A stretch of DNA of 42,497 nucleotides from Candidatus Aminicenantales bacterium (GCA_049512315.1 JBEKXF010000029.1:1-42497); one strand, 5' to 3'; positions 1-9,268 are shown, numbered from the stretch's first letter. Made by a program: numbers and translations. The notes: generated by a model from the letters alone, not told the origin.

Positions 1-1013
1 TATCCCTCGCCGCCGGCTACGCTGCCATAGAGAGTGCTATGGGAAATTACCCCATCGTCGGCCCGGTTGAAATAGATATTATCTCCATTTCCGTACGCCG
101 TGACATTAGATATTGTCCCAAATTTCTCAATTTTTATGTTATCCGACCCCCTAACTAATATTCCAATACCGGAGTTATAGGCATAAGTCCCACCGCTTAT
201 GAGGTTATTACTGTTGGAATAACCGACTACTGACCTATAGAACATCAGTCCAACAATTGTATTGTACTGAACGGTACAATCTGTAACGGTATGATTCCCG
301 CAATCTTGGAACAAAATGCCAAAGGAATTATTCTTTTCGACGGTGCACGAAGTCAGGGTGATTGAATTTCCACCACTGGGTCCGTTTGCGCTTATAGCAC
401 CGCCCCAGGAACTATTTGAACCACAAACGTGAAGGTTTTCGAGGCTAATAAATGCCTTGTTGACCACTATGACTTCGTCTCGTGTCCCGGCCTCAACGCG
501 AGGAGAACTATAAATCAGGCTGGGGTTATTCGTGGAATAGACATATAAGGCGTCCAATCCCCAATACCAATCATAATTGGATGCGATATCACTGATCCCG
601 GTTTTTTTGTTTCCTTTCACCCCATCAAACAAAACAACCCTGGCCTGTGTTGCGAGAGGGGCCCGCCAAATATTCGTCGAATAAGATGTCCAGTCTGTGA
701 CCAGGTCGGTGCCGGTAATTACCGGGTCGGCTCCGCTTCCGTATGCCCCAAACGTAATTGGGTTTACGGCAGTACCAGAAGATGGAATTGCTAATCGTTC
801 TCTCCAAACGCCGCCGCGCATAAAAAGCACTTGGTCGCCCGCTGAGAATGATCTCGCATTGATTTTGGCAACGGTGCGCCACGCCGCAGCCGAGGAGGTT
901 CCGGCATTTGCATCATTTCCGTTTATGGAATCCACATAATAAACTGTCCCGGCAAGAAGTTGTGGCGTAATAGAAAAACAAAGAATGATCAAATATTGCC
1001 CTATCTTACGCAT
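1..1013 (-). CDS. Secreted right-handed parallel beta-helix (pectate-lyase-like) protein, 3' end outside window
   Basis: Absent from the ORF track because it has no stop in the window. Manual translation from ATG 1013 (GGAGG 7 nt upstream) gives MRKIGQYLIILCFSITPQLLAG-TVYYVDSINGNDANAGTSSAAAWRTV..GDQVLFMRGGVWRE..PITFGAYGSG. This is a signal peptide, the typical YYVD..GNDxNxGT cap and Asn/Gly-rich coils; the frame stays open to base 1. Confidence 0.85.
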   Translation of the reverse strand, partial: MRKIGQYLIILCFSITPQLLAGTVYYVDSINGNDANAGTSSAAAWRTVAKINARSFSAGDQVLFMRGGVWRERLAIPSSGTAVNPITFGAYGSGADPVITGTDLVTDWTSYSTNIWRAPLATQARVVLFDGVKGNKKTGISDIASNYDWYWGLDALYVYSTNNPSLIYSSPRVEAGTRDEVIVVNKAFISLENLHVCGSNSSWGGAISANGPSGGNSITLTSCTVEKNNSFGILFQDCGNHTVTDCTVQYNTIVGLMFYRSVVGYSNSNNLISGGTYAYNSGIGILVRGSDNIKIEKFGTISNVTAYGNGDNIYFNRADDGVISHSTLYGSVAGGEG

Positions 1014-1128
1014 ATGCATCCCTCCAATCTTACCATATGTTGTGACGATCATAGCGCCCTGATTATCCTGGGAAAAGCCAAAAAACTCCACTTTTGGCTG
1101 GACAACTTTTCGGGTAAGGCTCCAAGGG

Positions 1129-1158
1129 TTGAAAATCTCACCTTAGAGGTGGTATCTT
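1129..1158 (+). promoter_or_regulatory. Putative sigma70 promoter for the GT-C-like gene
   Basis: TTGAAA-18 nt-TATCTT with extended -10 TG; the spacer contains the inverted repeat CACCT-tag-AGGTG. Confidence 0.4.
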
Positions 1159-1314
1159 GAGGGGAATTGATCAGCGTCGGCTTTAAAAGCGTTGAATAAA
1201 TCAATGCTCATTCAAAAATTGATCCAGCGACATTTCGGGAAACCATTAGTTTTATCGATGATATATGTTCTGCTGATGTCTATTGTTGCTCTATTCTTTG
1301 CTGATCGGACTGTG

Positions 1315-2667
1315 GGTCGTGTCAAGTTTTGTTCGCAGTTTGGGGGCCATCGTAGCTCACTTCAGTTAGCCGCTTGAGCCATCAGCTCGTGAAGCCTGTC
1401 CAAAGATCCTTGGGCCTTGTCCTGTCGGATGTAGCTCCGGTCGTTCTCCCAGTCTTCCGAGTATTCGATGAGGTAGCAGATCGTCAATCGGAGGAAGCTT
1501 GGGACCGAGGGGAACACTCCGACCACCCGGCTCCGCCGGCGGATCTCAAGGTTGAGCCTCTCCTGGCCGTTGGTCGACGAGATGCGTTTCTTGTCGACCT
1601 CCGGGAAGTCGTAGAACGAGAGCGAGTCCTCAAGGCCTTCTTCCAGGCAGCGGACCGCGTCGGGGAACCGCTTGCCATAATCGTCGATGAGGGCCGCGGT
1701 CGCCCGCTTGGCGCTCTTTTTGTCCGGCTCGAGCCAGATTCTCTTCAGATGAGCCGCGAAGCGGCCCTTTTCCTTGTGCGGAACCTTGGCCAGGATGTTC
1801 CGCATGAAGTGGACCTTGCAGCGTTGCCACGAGGCCCCCAGCCATTCCTTCCGCACCGCGGCCTGGATGCCCGCGTGGGCGTCCGAGATGCAGAGCGCGG
1901 TCCTCTTCATGCCCCTCGCTTTGAGCTTGCGGAAAAAGACCCGCCAGGAGTCCTCCGATTCGTCGAACATGGGCTCCACAGCCAGGATCTCCCGAGAACC
2001 GGCCGGATTGACCCCGCAGGCGATCATTACAGCCATCGAAACGACCCGCCCCTCGACCCGGACCTTCTGATACAGGGCGTCGATGATCAGGAAGGGATAC
2101 TCCTCAGCCAAGGGCCGGGTCTGAAAATCAGCCACCTGCAAGTCGAGCTCCTTGTTGAACTCCGAGACCTGGGAGGCGGAGATATTTTCGATGCCCATCG
2201 CGTGGGCCAGGCGCTCGATCTTCCGCGTCGAGACGCCGTTGATGAAGGCTTCCTGGACGACCGCGATCAGCGCCTGCTCGGATCGCTTCCTCTCCGAGAT
2301 GAAAAACGGCACATAACCGCCCTTGCGGATCTTGGGCACGACCAGGTACACCGTGCCCATCCGGGTGTCCACTCTCCGGGCCCGGAACCCGGAAAAATGA
2401 GTCGCACGGTCCTTCGAGTGTTGCCCTTTGGCTGCCCCGACCTTGGCTTCGACCTCGATCCTCATCATCTCGGTCATCACCCACTTGAGCATGGCCAGGA
2501 ACGGATCTGGCTCCGTGATGAACTGCAATAGCGCCTTTTTGAAGAGTGCCTTATAATGCTGTTGGGCCATCGTAGTAAAACTTCTCCTCTCTTTCGGATT
2601 GCCGTTCGAAGAGAGTTTACGATGGCCTCCTCCTCATGTAAATCTGCGAACATTACCGTACACTACC
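1315..2667 (-). mobile_element. Complete IS256-family insertion sequence, 1353 bp
   Basis: Imperfect terminal inverted repeats GGTCGTGTCAAGTTTTGTTCGCAGTTT and GGTAGTGTACGGTAATGTTCGCAGATTT. Flanking 8-bp direct repeat GGACTGTG at 1307-1314 and 2668-2675. Confidence 0.95.
1362..2570 (-). CDS. IS256-family (mutator-type DDE) transposase
   Basis: 402 aa with DTRMG..VPK.R.G, GVSTRKI, IIDALYQKVR, ISDAHAG, WQRCKVHFMRN and STN..ERLN.EIRRR motifs. Confidence 0.96.
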   Translation of the reverse strand: MAQQHYKALFKKALLQFITEPDPFLAMLKWVMTEMMRIEVEAKVGAAKGQHSKDRATHFSGFRARRVDTRMGTVYLVVPKIRKGGYVPFFISERKRSEQALIAVVQEAFINGVSTRKIERLAHAMGIENISASQVSEFNKELDLQVADFQTRPLAEEYPFLIIDALYQKVRVEGRVVSMAVMIACGVNPAGSREILAVEPMFDESEDSWRVFFRKLKARGMKRTALCISDAHAGIQAAVRKEWLGASWQRCKVHFMRNILAKVPHKEKGRFAAHLKRIWLEPDKKSAKRATAALIDDYGKRFPDAVRCLEEGLEDSLSFYDFPEVDKKRISSTNGQERLNLEIRRRSRVVGVFPSVPSFLRLTICYLIEYSEDWENDRSYIRQDKAQGSLDRLHELMAQAAN

Positions 2668-4265
2668 GGACTGTGGCTAATTTTTTCCATGATGACAGTT
2701 TCTTTTACATAAAAACAGCTCAGAATATTCATGATGGCAATGGTGCTACTTTTGATGGAATAAATCCGACAAACGGATATCATCTACTGTGGATGTGGCT
2801 TCTTGTTTTAATTGCAAAAATCAGCCCTTTCCATGGATTTATTGGTATAAGACTTCTATTGGCCGTGCATGCTCTATTAATCGCTAGTGCAAGTTTGCTT
2901 GCAGATCGCTTGCTAACAATATTCAAAATTAAAGTAGGATGGCGGTTGTGTATGGTGGCCGCAATTATTGGAACCACTGGATTTGTGGATTTGGGAGTTG
3001 AGTCACCGATTTTATTTTTAGCCTCCTGGGCATTTATTTACGCCCTGGTAACTCTGTCAAATAAATCTCAATCATCTTGTTGGGACACTTTAATAATTAT
3101 CGTGCTGTCAACCAGCGTCTGTCTTGCACGAACCGACGCGATCTTGCTGGTTTTAGCATTATCCATGGCTATATTTTATGGAGTCTGGGATCGAACTCGA
3201 GCACCCGCACTTGTTGTCCGGAGTTTGTTGAAAACAGTATTTCCTGCAGTCATTACTCTCTTGACAGTCGGCTTGTATAACCTGGCAAATTATGGCCATT
3301 TTGAGACCATATCTAGTTTTCTGAAGATTCACTGGCCGGGAACCTTTGCTACAGGGTGGTTTGGCGCTTCGATTCTAGGCATTAAGGTGCGATTGGTCGG
3401 TATTTTGTTGATAGCAGTCTGTGTACTAATTTACCTATCGACCAATGCTATCAAATCTAATAAAATGCCAAAAAAGGATTTTTATCATAATTTTGAGTTA
3501 GTCTTGATCGGCGCCAATGCATATGTAGTAATGTTTATGGTTGTGTTGCTTTTTTTCGCTACGGGCGCAATAGCGTCATGGTATTTTGGGCTTAGCTTAA
3601 CGATAGTAATAGTATCTGGTATTTATGTGGTTGCTTCAATTTTAGAAAAGCTCCGTTCAAGAGGATTCCGTTTGCTTGATGATCGTATCCTGAGTACCAT
3701 TCTTTCGATAGTTGTAATTCTATCAATAGGATTATATGTGTCTAAGCGATTTACCAGCCATTATCCCGAGAGCAAACTTCTCCTCGCCAAATGGGTCTTT
3801 CAGAACATCCCAAATGATCAACCTATTTTTCAGGTAAGTGGGACAGGTTTTGTTGGGTACTTTAGTGAACGACAGGTGATTAATGGAGATGGATTGATAA
3901 ACAGTTGGGAATATCAAGATTTTCTAAGAAAAGGCAAAATTGAAGAGTACTTGAAGGATAAAAGGGTGAAATATATTATTTCAAACCAGGCCCCTCAAGA
4001 AGGTCGAGTTCCAGTGGATATCCCTCAATGGAGAAAGAGTTCTGCATTTGATTTTCATTTGGGCTCAGCGCTCTTATCAAAAGCATTGTATGCAGTTGAT
4101 GATAAATACGCTGTATTCCGTATAGGAGATTTCGATTTCGGAAAATGAGCGAGTGTCAGATATTCTGTCTAATCTTCGTTATCGCACAAAATTATATTCC
4201 CCCTCCCGGCTTCTGAAAGGCTCCCGATATTGGGTCCGTATGCCTCGGTATACGGGTTCAGGCCA

Positions 4266-4324
4266 TTGACACATTCCGGCGGCTGGGATATCCTTACTTT
4301 GTGAGGGGAAGGGTTGATTCTGAG
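4266..4324 (+). promoter_or_regulatory. Repeated promoter/leader cassette, copy 1
   Basis: TTGACA-17 nt-TATCCT followed by TACTTTGTGAGGGGAAGGGTTGATTCTGAG; the last 40 nt match 9201-9240 at 39/40 positions. Confidence 0.8.
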
Positions 4325-4511
4325 CCCGAGGCCGGCCGTTCTATGCCGTGCGAAAAAAGGAATTCCCCATCCTCTTACACGCTGAGGAAGCCTTCGTTTG
4401 CGTGGCTTGCTCTAAAGGTTTTTCTTGGCTTGAGATTAGGATTCAGGCCATAAAGTGTAATTTCAGAAAAGTTTTTTTGCATAACGCAGAAAAATATAGG
4501 GAGAAAAAACT

Positions 4512-5513
4512 ATGCTGCTGTCCCTTATAGTTCCTGTTTACAATGTTGAAAAATACCTCCCCGCGTGCATTGACAGCCTGCTTAAGCAGAGCCTGACGGA
4601 TTTTGAGGTCATACTCATTGATGACGGTTCAATAGACCGCAGCGGCGCAATTTGCGACGAGTACGCTCAAGCAGACAGCCGAATTCGTGTTATACATAAG
4701 CAAAACGGAGGTCTTTCAAGCGCAAGAAATGCAGGACTTGAAATAGCGCAGGGCAAGTTTGTCGGCTTTGTTGATAGCGATGACGGCGTAAGCCCATGTA
4801 TGTACGAGGTGCTGTGCGCAACTTCTGAAAAATACCGGTGTGATACTGTGGCTGCGGACTATGTTTCCAGTACTGATGAGTTGTGCTGCGATTCGATCGC
4901 CGCACTGAAGACGCATGCAGAGATTTTTGAAGACCGCGAAAAGATCCTTGCAGAGTATTTCAGCCATCGTGGTAACCACCTTTGCGCAATGCTTTTCAAC
5001 AGAAGGCTTTTTGACGGACTTGCTTTTGAGGTTGGCAGACATTCAGAGGATGTCATACCATTGTATAAGCTGGCTTTGAAAGCCGAGAAAGTTGCCCGGC
5101 TGAAGCTGCCACTATACTACTATAATCAGGATTCGGAAAGTCTTTGCCGCAGTCAGCTGAAGGTAAAGGATTTTTATTCAATTGAGGCAACGAGGTCAGT
5201 TGCCGAGGATGTCAGAGGACAGTGCCCGGCAGTGTTTGACAAGGCAATCCTACACTGCTACAAAGCGATTTTCAATATCGTAAACAAGTATGCAATGCGC
5301 GGCGCGACGGACGATGCGGCCAAACAGCTTAAAAAAAGTGTCAGGGGCTACAAGTCTGAGCTGAGAGGCAACTTTTCCGCCGTTTTAGGCAGCGACTATT
5401 TTTCAAAGAACGATAAGCTGCAAATAGCAGTTCTTTGCATAAGTTTTAACGGCTTTTGCCTTTTAAAGCAGCTTTATAAAAAAGGTACCAACAGGCAAGT
5501 TCAGCCAATTTAG
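4512..5513 (+). CDS. Glycosyltransferase family 2
   Basis: SLIVPVYNVEKYL, LIDDGS.D, NGGLSSARN.GL, FVDSDD and SED motifs. Confidence 0.95.
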   Translation: MLLSLIVPVYNVEKYLPACIDSLLKQSLTDFEVILIDDGSIDRSGAICDEYAQADSRIRVIHKQNGGLSSARNAGLEIAQGKFVGFVDSDDGVSPCMYEVLCATSEKYRCDTVAADYVSSTDELCCDSIAALKTHAEIFEDREKILAEYFSHRGNHLCAMLFNRRLFDGLAFEVGRHSEDVIPLYKLALKAEKVARLKLPLYYYNQDSESLCRSQLKVKDFYSIEATRSVAEDVRGQCPAVFDKAILHCYKAIFNIVNKYAMRGATDDAAKQLKKSVRGYKSELRGNFSAVLGSDYFSKNDKLQIAVLCISFNGFCLLKQLYKKGTNRQVQPI

Positions 5514-5605
5514 AAGATTAAACGAAAGCTAGAGATGAGAATTGGTAAAACCCAATCCGAAGATTCAATGAATATTCACGGAAAGAAAGAAGGATTTTCT
5601 CCCTG

Positions 5606-6517
5606 ATGCGTAAAGTTCTCATCCTGGGCATAAATGGTTTTACGGGCATTCATTTTCAGAACTATATTCAAAACCGTCAACTCAACATAAAATACAGTTT
5701 GTGCGGAGTTGATTTACAGATCTGCAAACGGATCAATATGAAATACATCAGGGCCGACGTGACCGGTCCGGGAGTGCTGGCCCGGATCATCAGGCGGGAA
5801 GCGCCGGACTATATTATCAACCTGATCGGAACCTTTACCGGGCGTGATTTCAATGAATATCTCCGGCTCAACGTGATCATCCCGCAGGTCCTGCTGGAGT
5901 CCGTCCGGCAGGCGGGTGAACAAGCGCGAGTCGAAAAAATCCTGCTGGCCGGTTCCGCGGCAGAGTACGGGACGCCGGAGCGGATGCCGATCCGGGAACA
6001 TTTTCCGCTCAACCCGGTCAACTTTTACGGACTTTCCAAGGTGATGCAAGCACAGTTGGCCCGGTATTATTACAGCCAGTACCACGTCCCCGTAGTTTTG
6101 GCCCGGGCTTTTAATATCATCGGCGATCATCTTTCCACAGCGCTCTCCATTGGTTCGTTCATCCAACAGATCAGAGAGGCGCGTGACGGAGATACTATCT
6201 ATACTGGCAACCTGAATACGAGGAGAGATTTTCTGGACATTGACGATGTGATTGACGGGTACTGGAAAATCCTGACCCGGGGCCGGCCGGGTGAAATCTA
6301 TAACCTCTGCAGCGGCCGTTCCGTCTTTATCAGTGATATCCTGGATGCTCTGATCCGGAAATCGGGCAAGAAGATCAACATTGTGGTGAAGGCTGAGTAT
6401 GTGAAAAAAAAGGATATCGCGGACATCTACGGCGACAATTCCAGGCTGAAAAAGGCCACCGGGTGGAGAGCGCGGGTGAGCCTGGAACAGTCAATCAACA
6501 GAATTTTTCACTCATGA
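5606..6517 (+). CDS. NAD-dependent nucleotide-sugar reductase/epimerase (Rmd/GDP-6-deoxy-sugar reductase-like SDR)
   Basis: GINGFTG, GSAAEYG, YGLSK, R.FN.IG, GNLNTRRDFLD and YNLCSG motifs. Confidence 0.8.
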   Translation: MRKVLILGINGFTGIHFQNYIQNRQLNIKYSLCGVDLQICKRINMKYIRADVTGPGVLARIIRREAPDYIINLIGTFTGRDFNEYLRLNVIIPQVLLESVRQAGEQARVEKILLAGSAAEYGTPERMPIREHFPLNPVNFYGLSKVMQAQLARYYYSQYHVPVVLARAFNIIGDHLSTALSIGSFIQQIREARDGDTIYTGNLNTRRDFLDIDDVIDGYWKILTRGRPGEIYNLCSGRSVFISDILDALIRKSGKKINIVVKAEYVKKKDIADIYGDNSRLKKATGWRARVSLEQSINRIFHS

Positions 6518-6581
6518 AGATGCCTTTTCTTCCCATTTGTTTCCCAATGAACAGAGGCATTTGTACGGTATCTTTGTTTGA
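6514..6581 (+). pseudogene. 5' stub of a GT4 (TuaC-like) glycosyltransferase
   Basis: The ATG overlaps the upstream stop (ATGA). With one frameshift it reads MK-x-AFSSHLFPNEQRHLYGIFV*, the typical GT4 N-terminal 'LFPN.....GIFV' motif. Confidence 0.55.
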
Positions 6582-6656
6582 TCGGATCGATTCAAGGCGA
6601 AGCGATGTTTTGGATTAGCCTAGTATTTTTATTGCAAAAATAAATTACCGGTAAAC

Positions 6657-8498
6657 ATGTGCGGAATTTTTGGCGTATTTAATGTTCGATCTTCTAAGCC
6701 CGTCGATGAAACGAGGGGCCGGATGGCTTTGAGGACGCTTTTGCATAGAGGTCCAGATGCCCACCACTTGCGTAGAATCAATGATCAAACTTTGTTGGGG
6801 CATTCACGCCTCTCTATTATTGACCTGGTGGCTGAATCGGATCAGCCTATGGAGTACGAAAACCTGTTCATAACGTTCAATGGCGAGATCTACAATTACA
6901 TAGAACTGAGGCAACAACTGGTAGAAGCCGGTTATACTTTCAAAACTAAATCAGACACAGAGGTTATACTCATTAGTTATCTCCATTGGGGTGAAGCGTG
7001 TGTCAATCGGTTTAATGGCATGTGGGCGTTTGCAATTTATGACACCACAAAAAATATTCTATTTTGTTCACGCGATCGGTTTGGCGTGAAGCCCTTCAAT
7101 TTTCTTTTTGAAGACGGGCAGTTCATCTTTTCTTCTGAAGTAAAAGCGATTATTAAGTATGCACCTGCGTTTCGTACTCCTAACTATAATGCCATTAGTT
7201 GTTATTGCCGCGAAACGGTAGGAGCAGAGGCGGAAGAGACGTGGTTCAAAGATATCTTTAGGCTGCCACCGGCAACGAACATGACCATTTCGGCTGACGG
7301 TATAAAGCGCACCTCGTATTGGAATTATCCTTCCGTGATTAATGCAGATCTTTCATTCGATCAGGCAGTTTCTTCGTATCGAGAGCTGATGCATGACTCC
7401 GTTCGTCTCCGGATGCGAAGTGATGTTAAAGTAGGGTTGACACTTTCCGGAGGTTTGGATTCAACCACCATTGCGTATGAAATGGGTAAGCTGACGCCTG
7501 AGCAAATCAATTCATACACGGCCAGTTTTCCGGGCGAGTCTTTTAATGAAGCTTCAATTGCCGCAAAATCAGCCACAGACTTTAATCTTAAAGGCCACGA
7601 AGTGGTTGTGGATTATTCAAAGTATGTCGAAAATCTGCAGACCATTATTTACCATCTGGAGTCGGGCCATGGTTCTCCGGCAATTTATCCGCTCTGGGCT
7701 ATCACAAAGCGGGCAAAGCAGGATATTACAGTTTTTCTGGAGGGACAGGGTGCAGACGAATTATTGGCCGGCTATGTCAATTCTACTTTTGTGGATCATT
7801 TTCTTGAGTTGTTGTCAACAGGAAAAATAAGCCAGGCCATATCAGAATTGAATTTTCATCGTAAACATTGGCCGTTACTTCGATCTATCTTACTCTACTA
7901 CCGGCAGACATTGGGCATGGATTTGCAAAAATTCTATCGTGGTATGCGGGGATTGGAAAAAATATATAAAGGTCCATTGGAGGAATATACACCCTACCGG
8001 CTATCGCGCGATGAATCAGACCGGTTTGGTGATATGCTCAACCGTAGATTATATAAGCAACATCGAACCTGTATGGTAAATTTACTTCATTATGGAGATG
8101 CTATTTCCATGATGCATTCACTGGAAAACAGACTTCCATTTATGGACTACCGGTTGGTGGAGTTTGTATTTCAGTTACCAGGTAGTTATAAAATATCGCA
8201 TGGCTATGGAAAGTACATTCACCGGATGGCCTATCAGCACGATCTTCCAGCTGAAATAGTCTTTAATAAAACGAAACTCGGATTTGTTTCACCGCTTTAT
8301 AATTTATTCCACAAGGAGTCGCCCGCATCGACAATTCTTAGGTCAGACATCTTTCGGCAACGCGGTATTTTTCATCCGCACCATATCGATGGTCTGTTAA
8401 GGGCGCACCAACAGAGTGCCCGGGATAATTCCCGGATTTTATTCAAGACGCTGAGTACAGAACTGTGGTTTAGAAATTTTATTGACGGTATTGACTAA
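6657..8498 (+). CDS. asnB: Asparagine synthase-like glutamine amidotransferase (polysaccharide amidation)
   Basis: MCGIFG N-terminus, HRGPD, RLSIIDL, FNGEIYNY, LSGGLDS, G.GADE and RLPFMDYRLVE motifs. Confidence 0.93.
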   Translation: MCGIFGVFNVRSSKPVDETRGRMALRTLLHRGPDAHHLRRINDQTLLGHSRLSIIDLVAESDQPMEYENLFITFNGEIYNYIELRQQLVEAGYTFKTKSDTEVILISYLHWGEACVNRFNGMWAFAIYDTTKNILFCSRDRFGVKPFNFLFEDGQFIFSSEVKAIIKYAPAFRTPNYNAISCYCRETVGAEAEETWFKDIFRLPPATNMTISADGIKRTSYWNYPSVINADLSFDQAVSSYRELMHDSVRLRMRSDVKVGLTLSGGLDSTTIAYEMGKLTPEQINSYTASFPGESFNEASIAAKSATDFNLKGHEVVVDYSKYVENLQTIIYHLESGHGSPAIYPLWAITKRAKQDITVFLEGQGADELLAGYVNSTFVDHFLELLSTGKISQAISELNFHRKHWPLLRSILLYYRQTLGMDLQKFYRGMRGLEKIYKGPLEEYTPYRLSRDESDRFGDMLNRRLYKQHRTCMVNLLHYGDAISMMHSLENRLPFMDYRLVEFVFQLPGSYKISHGYGKYIHRMAYQHDLPAEIVFNKTKLGFVSPLYNLFHKESPASTILRSDIFRQRGIFHPHHIDGLLRAHQQSARDNSRILFKTLSTELWFRNFIDGID

Positions 8499-8983
8499 GG
8501 AAGTTATTATTATCCAGGGAGAAATTCCCAGTTACAAAATTCGCTTTTTTGAAAAATTACGATTGTGCATTCGGGTAAGCCTGTTAAATACGTTCATGAA
8601 AATTTATAGACTTGCCGATAAAAAAATCAGTTTGGCGGACATCAGGTTTCAGTTCCTGAGTGTTGCTGTTTTATTGAATTTGATGTTGTTATTGTTCCGC
8701 TGGATGTTAGTTGGCTTTCTACTGTTTTACTTTGCCCTTTCAGCAGGCCCAAATCGTATTTGTTGTGGGGCCATGGAATGGATTGGATAAATCTTCTTGG
8801 GCAAACAGCATGCGAAAGCGTATGATTCGAAAGTCAACCGCTTTAATTTTATATGGAGATGAATCGGCAGCATATGTTAACGGATTATCCGATCAGGTCT
8901 TTATAGCGCCCAATGCCGTTCATGTTGCAAATGCTTTGCTTGGTGATACAATTTATCGATATACATTAGCATCGGTCACCTAA
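8491..8983 (+). pseudogene. Frameshifted, truncated GT4 glycosyltransferase
   Basis: Pieces lie in three frames: TKEVIIIQGEIPSYKIRFFEKL, then FDVVIVPLD..YLLWGHG, then RKSTALILYG..VFIAPNAV. It ends abruptly at a GC-rich segment near 8977. Confidence 0.7.
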
Positions 8984-9181
8984 AGTTGACGTTCGTGGGC
9001 CGGAAGCCGCCGCCCGCCCATGCCTTCGAGCAGGTCGCGTTGATGGCGGCCGGGGAGAGTGGGGGGCAAGAATAGCGGGTGATTTTGAGAAGCGGGGGGC
9101 CAAGTCTCGTTTGGCCGCTTTCTCGGCGATTCAGGCTGAAAATCGGCCGGTGGAGGCTCCGGGCCACCGGATTTCGAATTC

Positions 9182-9240
9182 TTGACACCTGTCCGGGGTC
9201 GGGATATCCTTATTTTGTGAGGGGAAGGGTTGATTCTGAG
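9182..9240 (+). promoter_or_regulatory. Repeated promoter/leader cassette, copy 2
   Basis: TTGACA-17 nt-TATCCT-TATTTTGTGAGGGGAAGGGTTGATTCTGAG, 28 nt upstream of the radical SAM ATG. Confidence 0.8.
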
Positions 9241-9268
9241 TTCATGAACGTTTGCTGATAACAAGAAG

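Larger units (their letters stand above)
1204..4148 (+). pseudogene. Multi-pass membrane protein (GT-C-fold glycosyltransferase-like) interrupted by IS256
   Basis: Removing the IS and one target copy joins 1204-1314 (MLIQKL..LFFADRTV) in frame to 2676-4148 (ANFFHDDSFFYIKTAQNIHDGNGATFDGINPTNGYHLLW..), about 527 aa. It has a DD motif after the first TM helix, many TM helices, an RTD motif and a C-terminal G..GYFS...INGDGL soluble domain. Confidence 0.8.

Noticed and set aside
625..1160. Short ORFs 625-882, 697-939 and 960-1160
   Set aside because: They overlap the convincing beta-helix frame or its promoter region.
1374..2531. 385-aa + strand ORF
   Set aside because: Antisense shadow of the GC-rich IS256 transposase, with no motifs.
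2556..4148. 530-aa ORF as a native intact gene
   Set aside because: Its first 37 codons lie inside the IS; the native N-terminus is at 1204-1314.
4149..4172. GCGAGTGTCAGATATTCTGTCT resembling an IS256-type terminal repeat
   Set aside because: Only a GTGTCA core matches, and no partner repeat or target duplication was found.
6404..6411. A8 tracts here and near 34290 as phase-variation sites
   Set aside because: Both are in frame, encode Lys-rich stretches and are unremarkable for the local composition.
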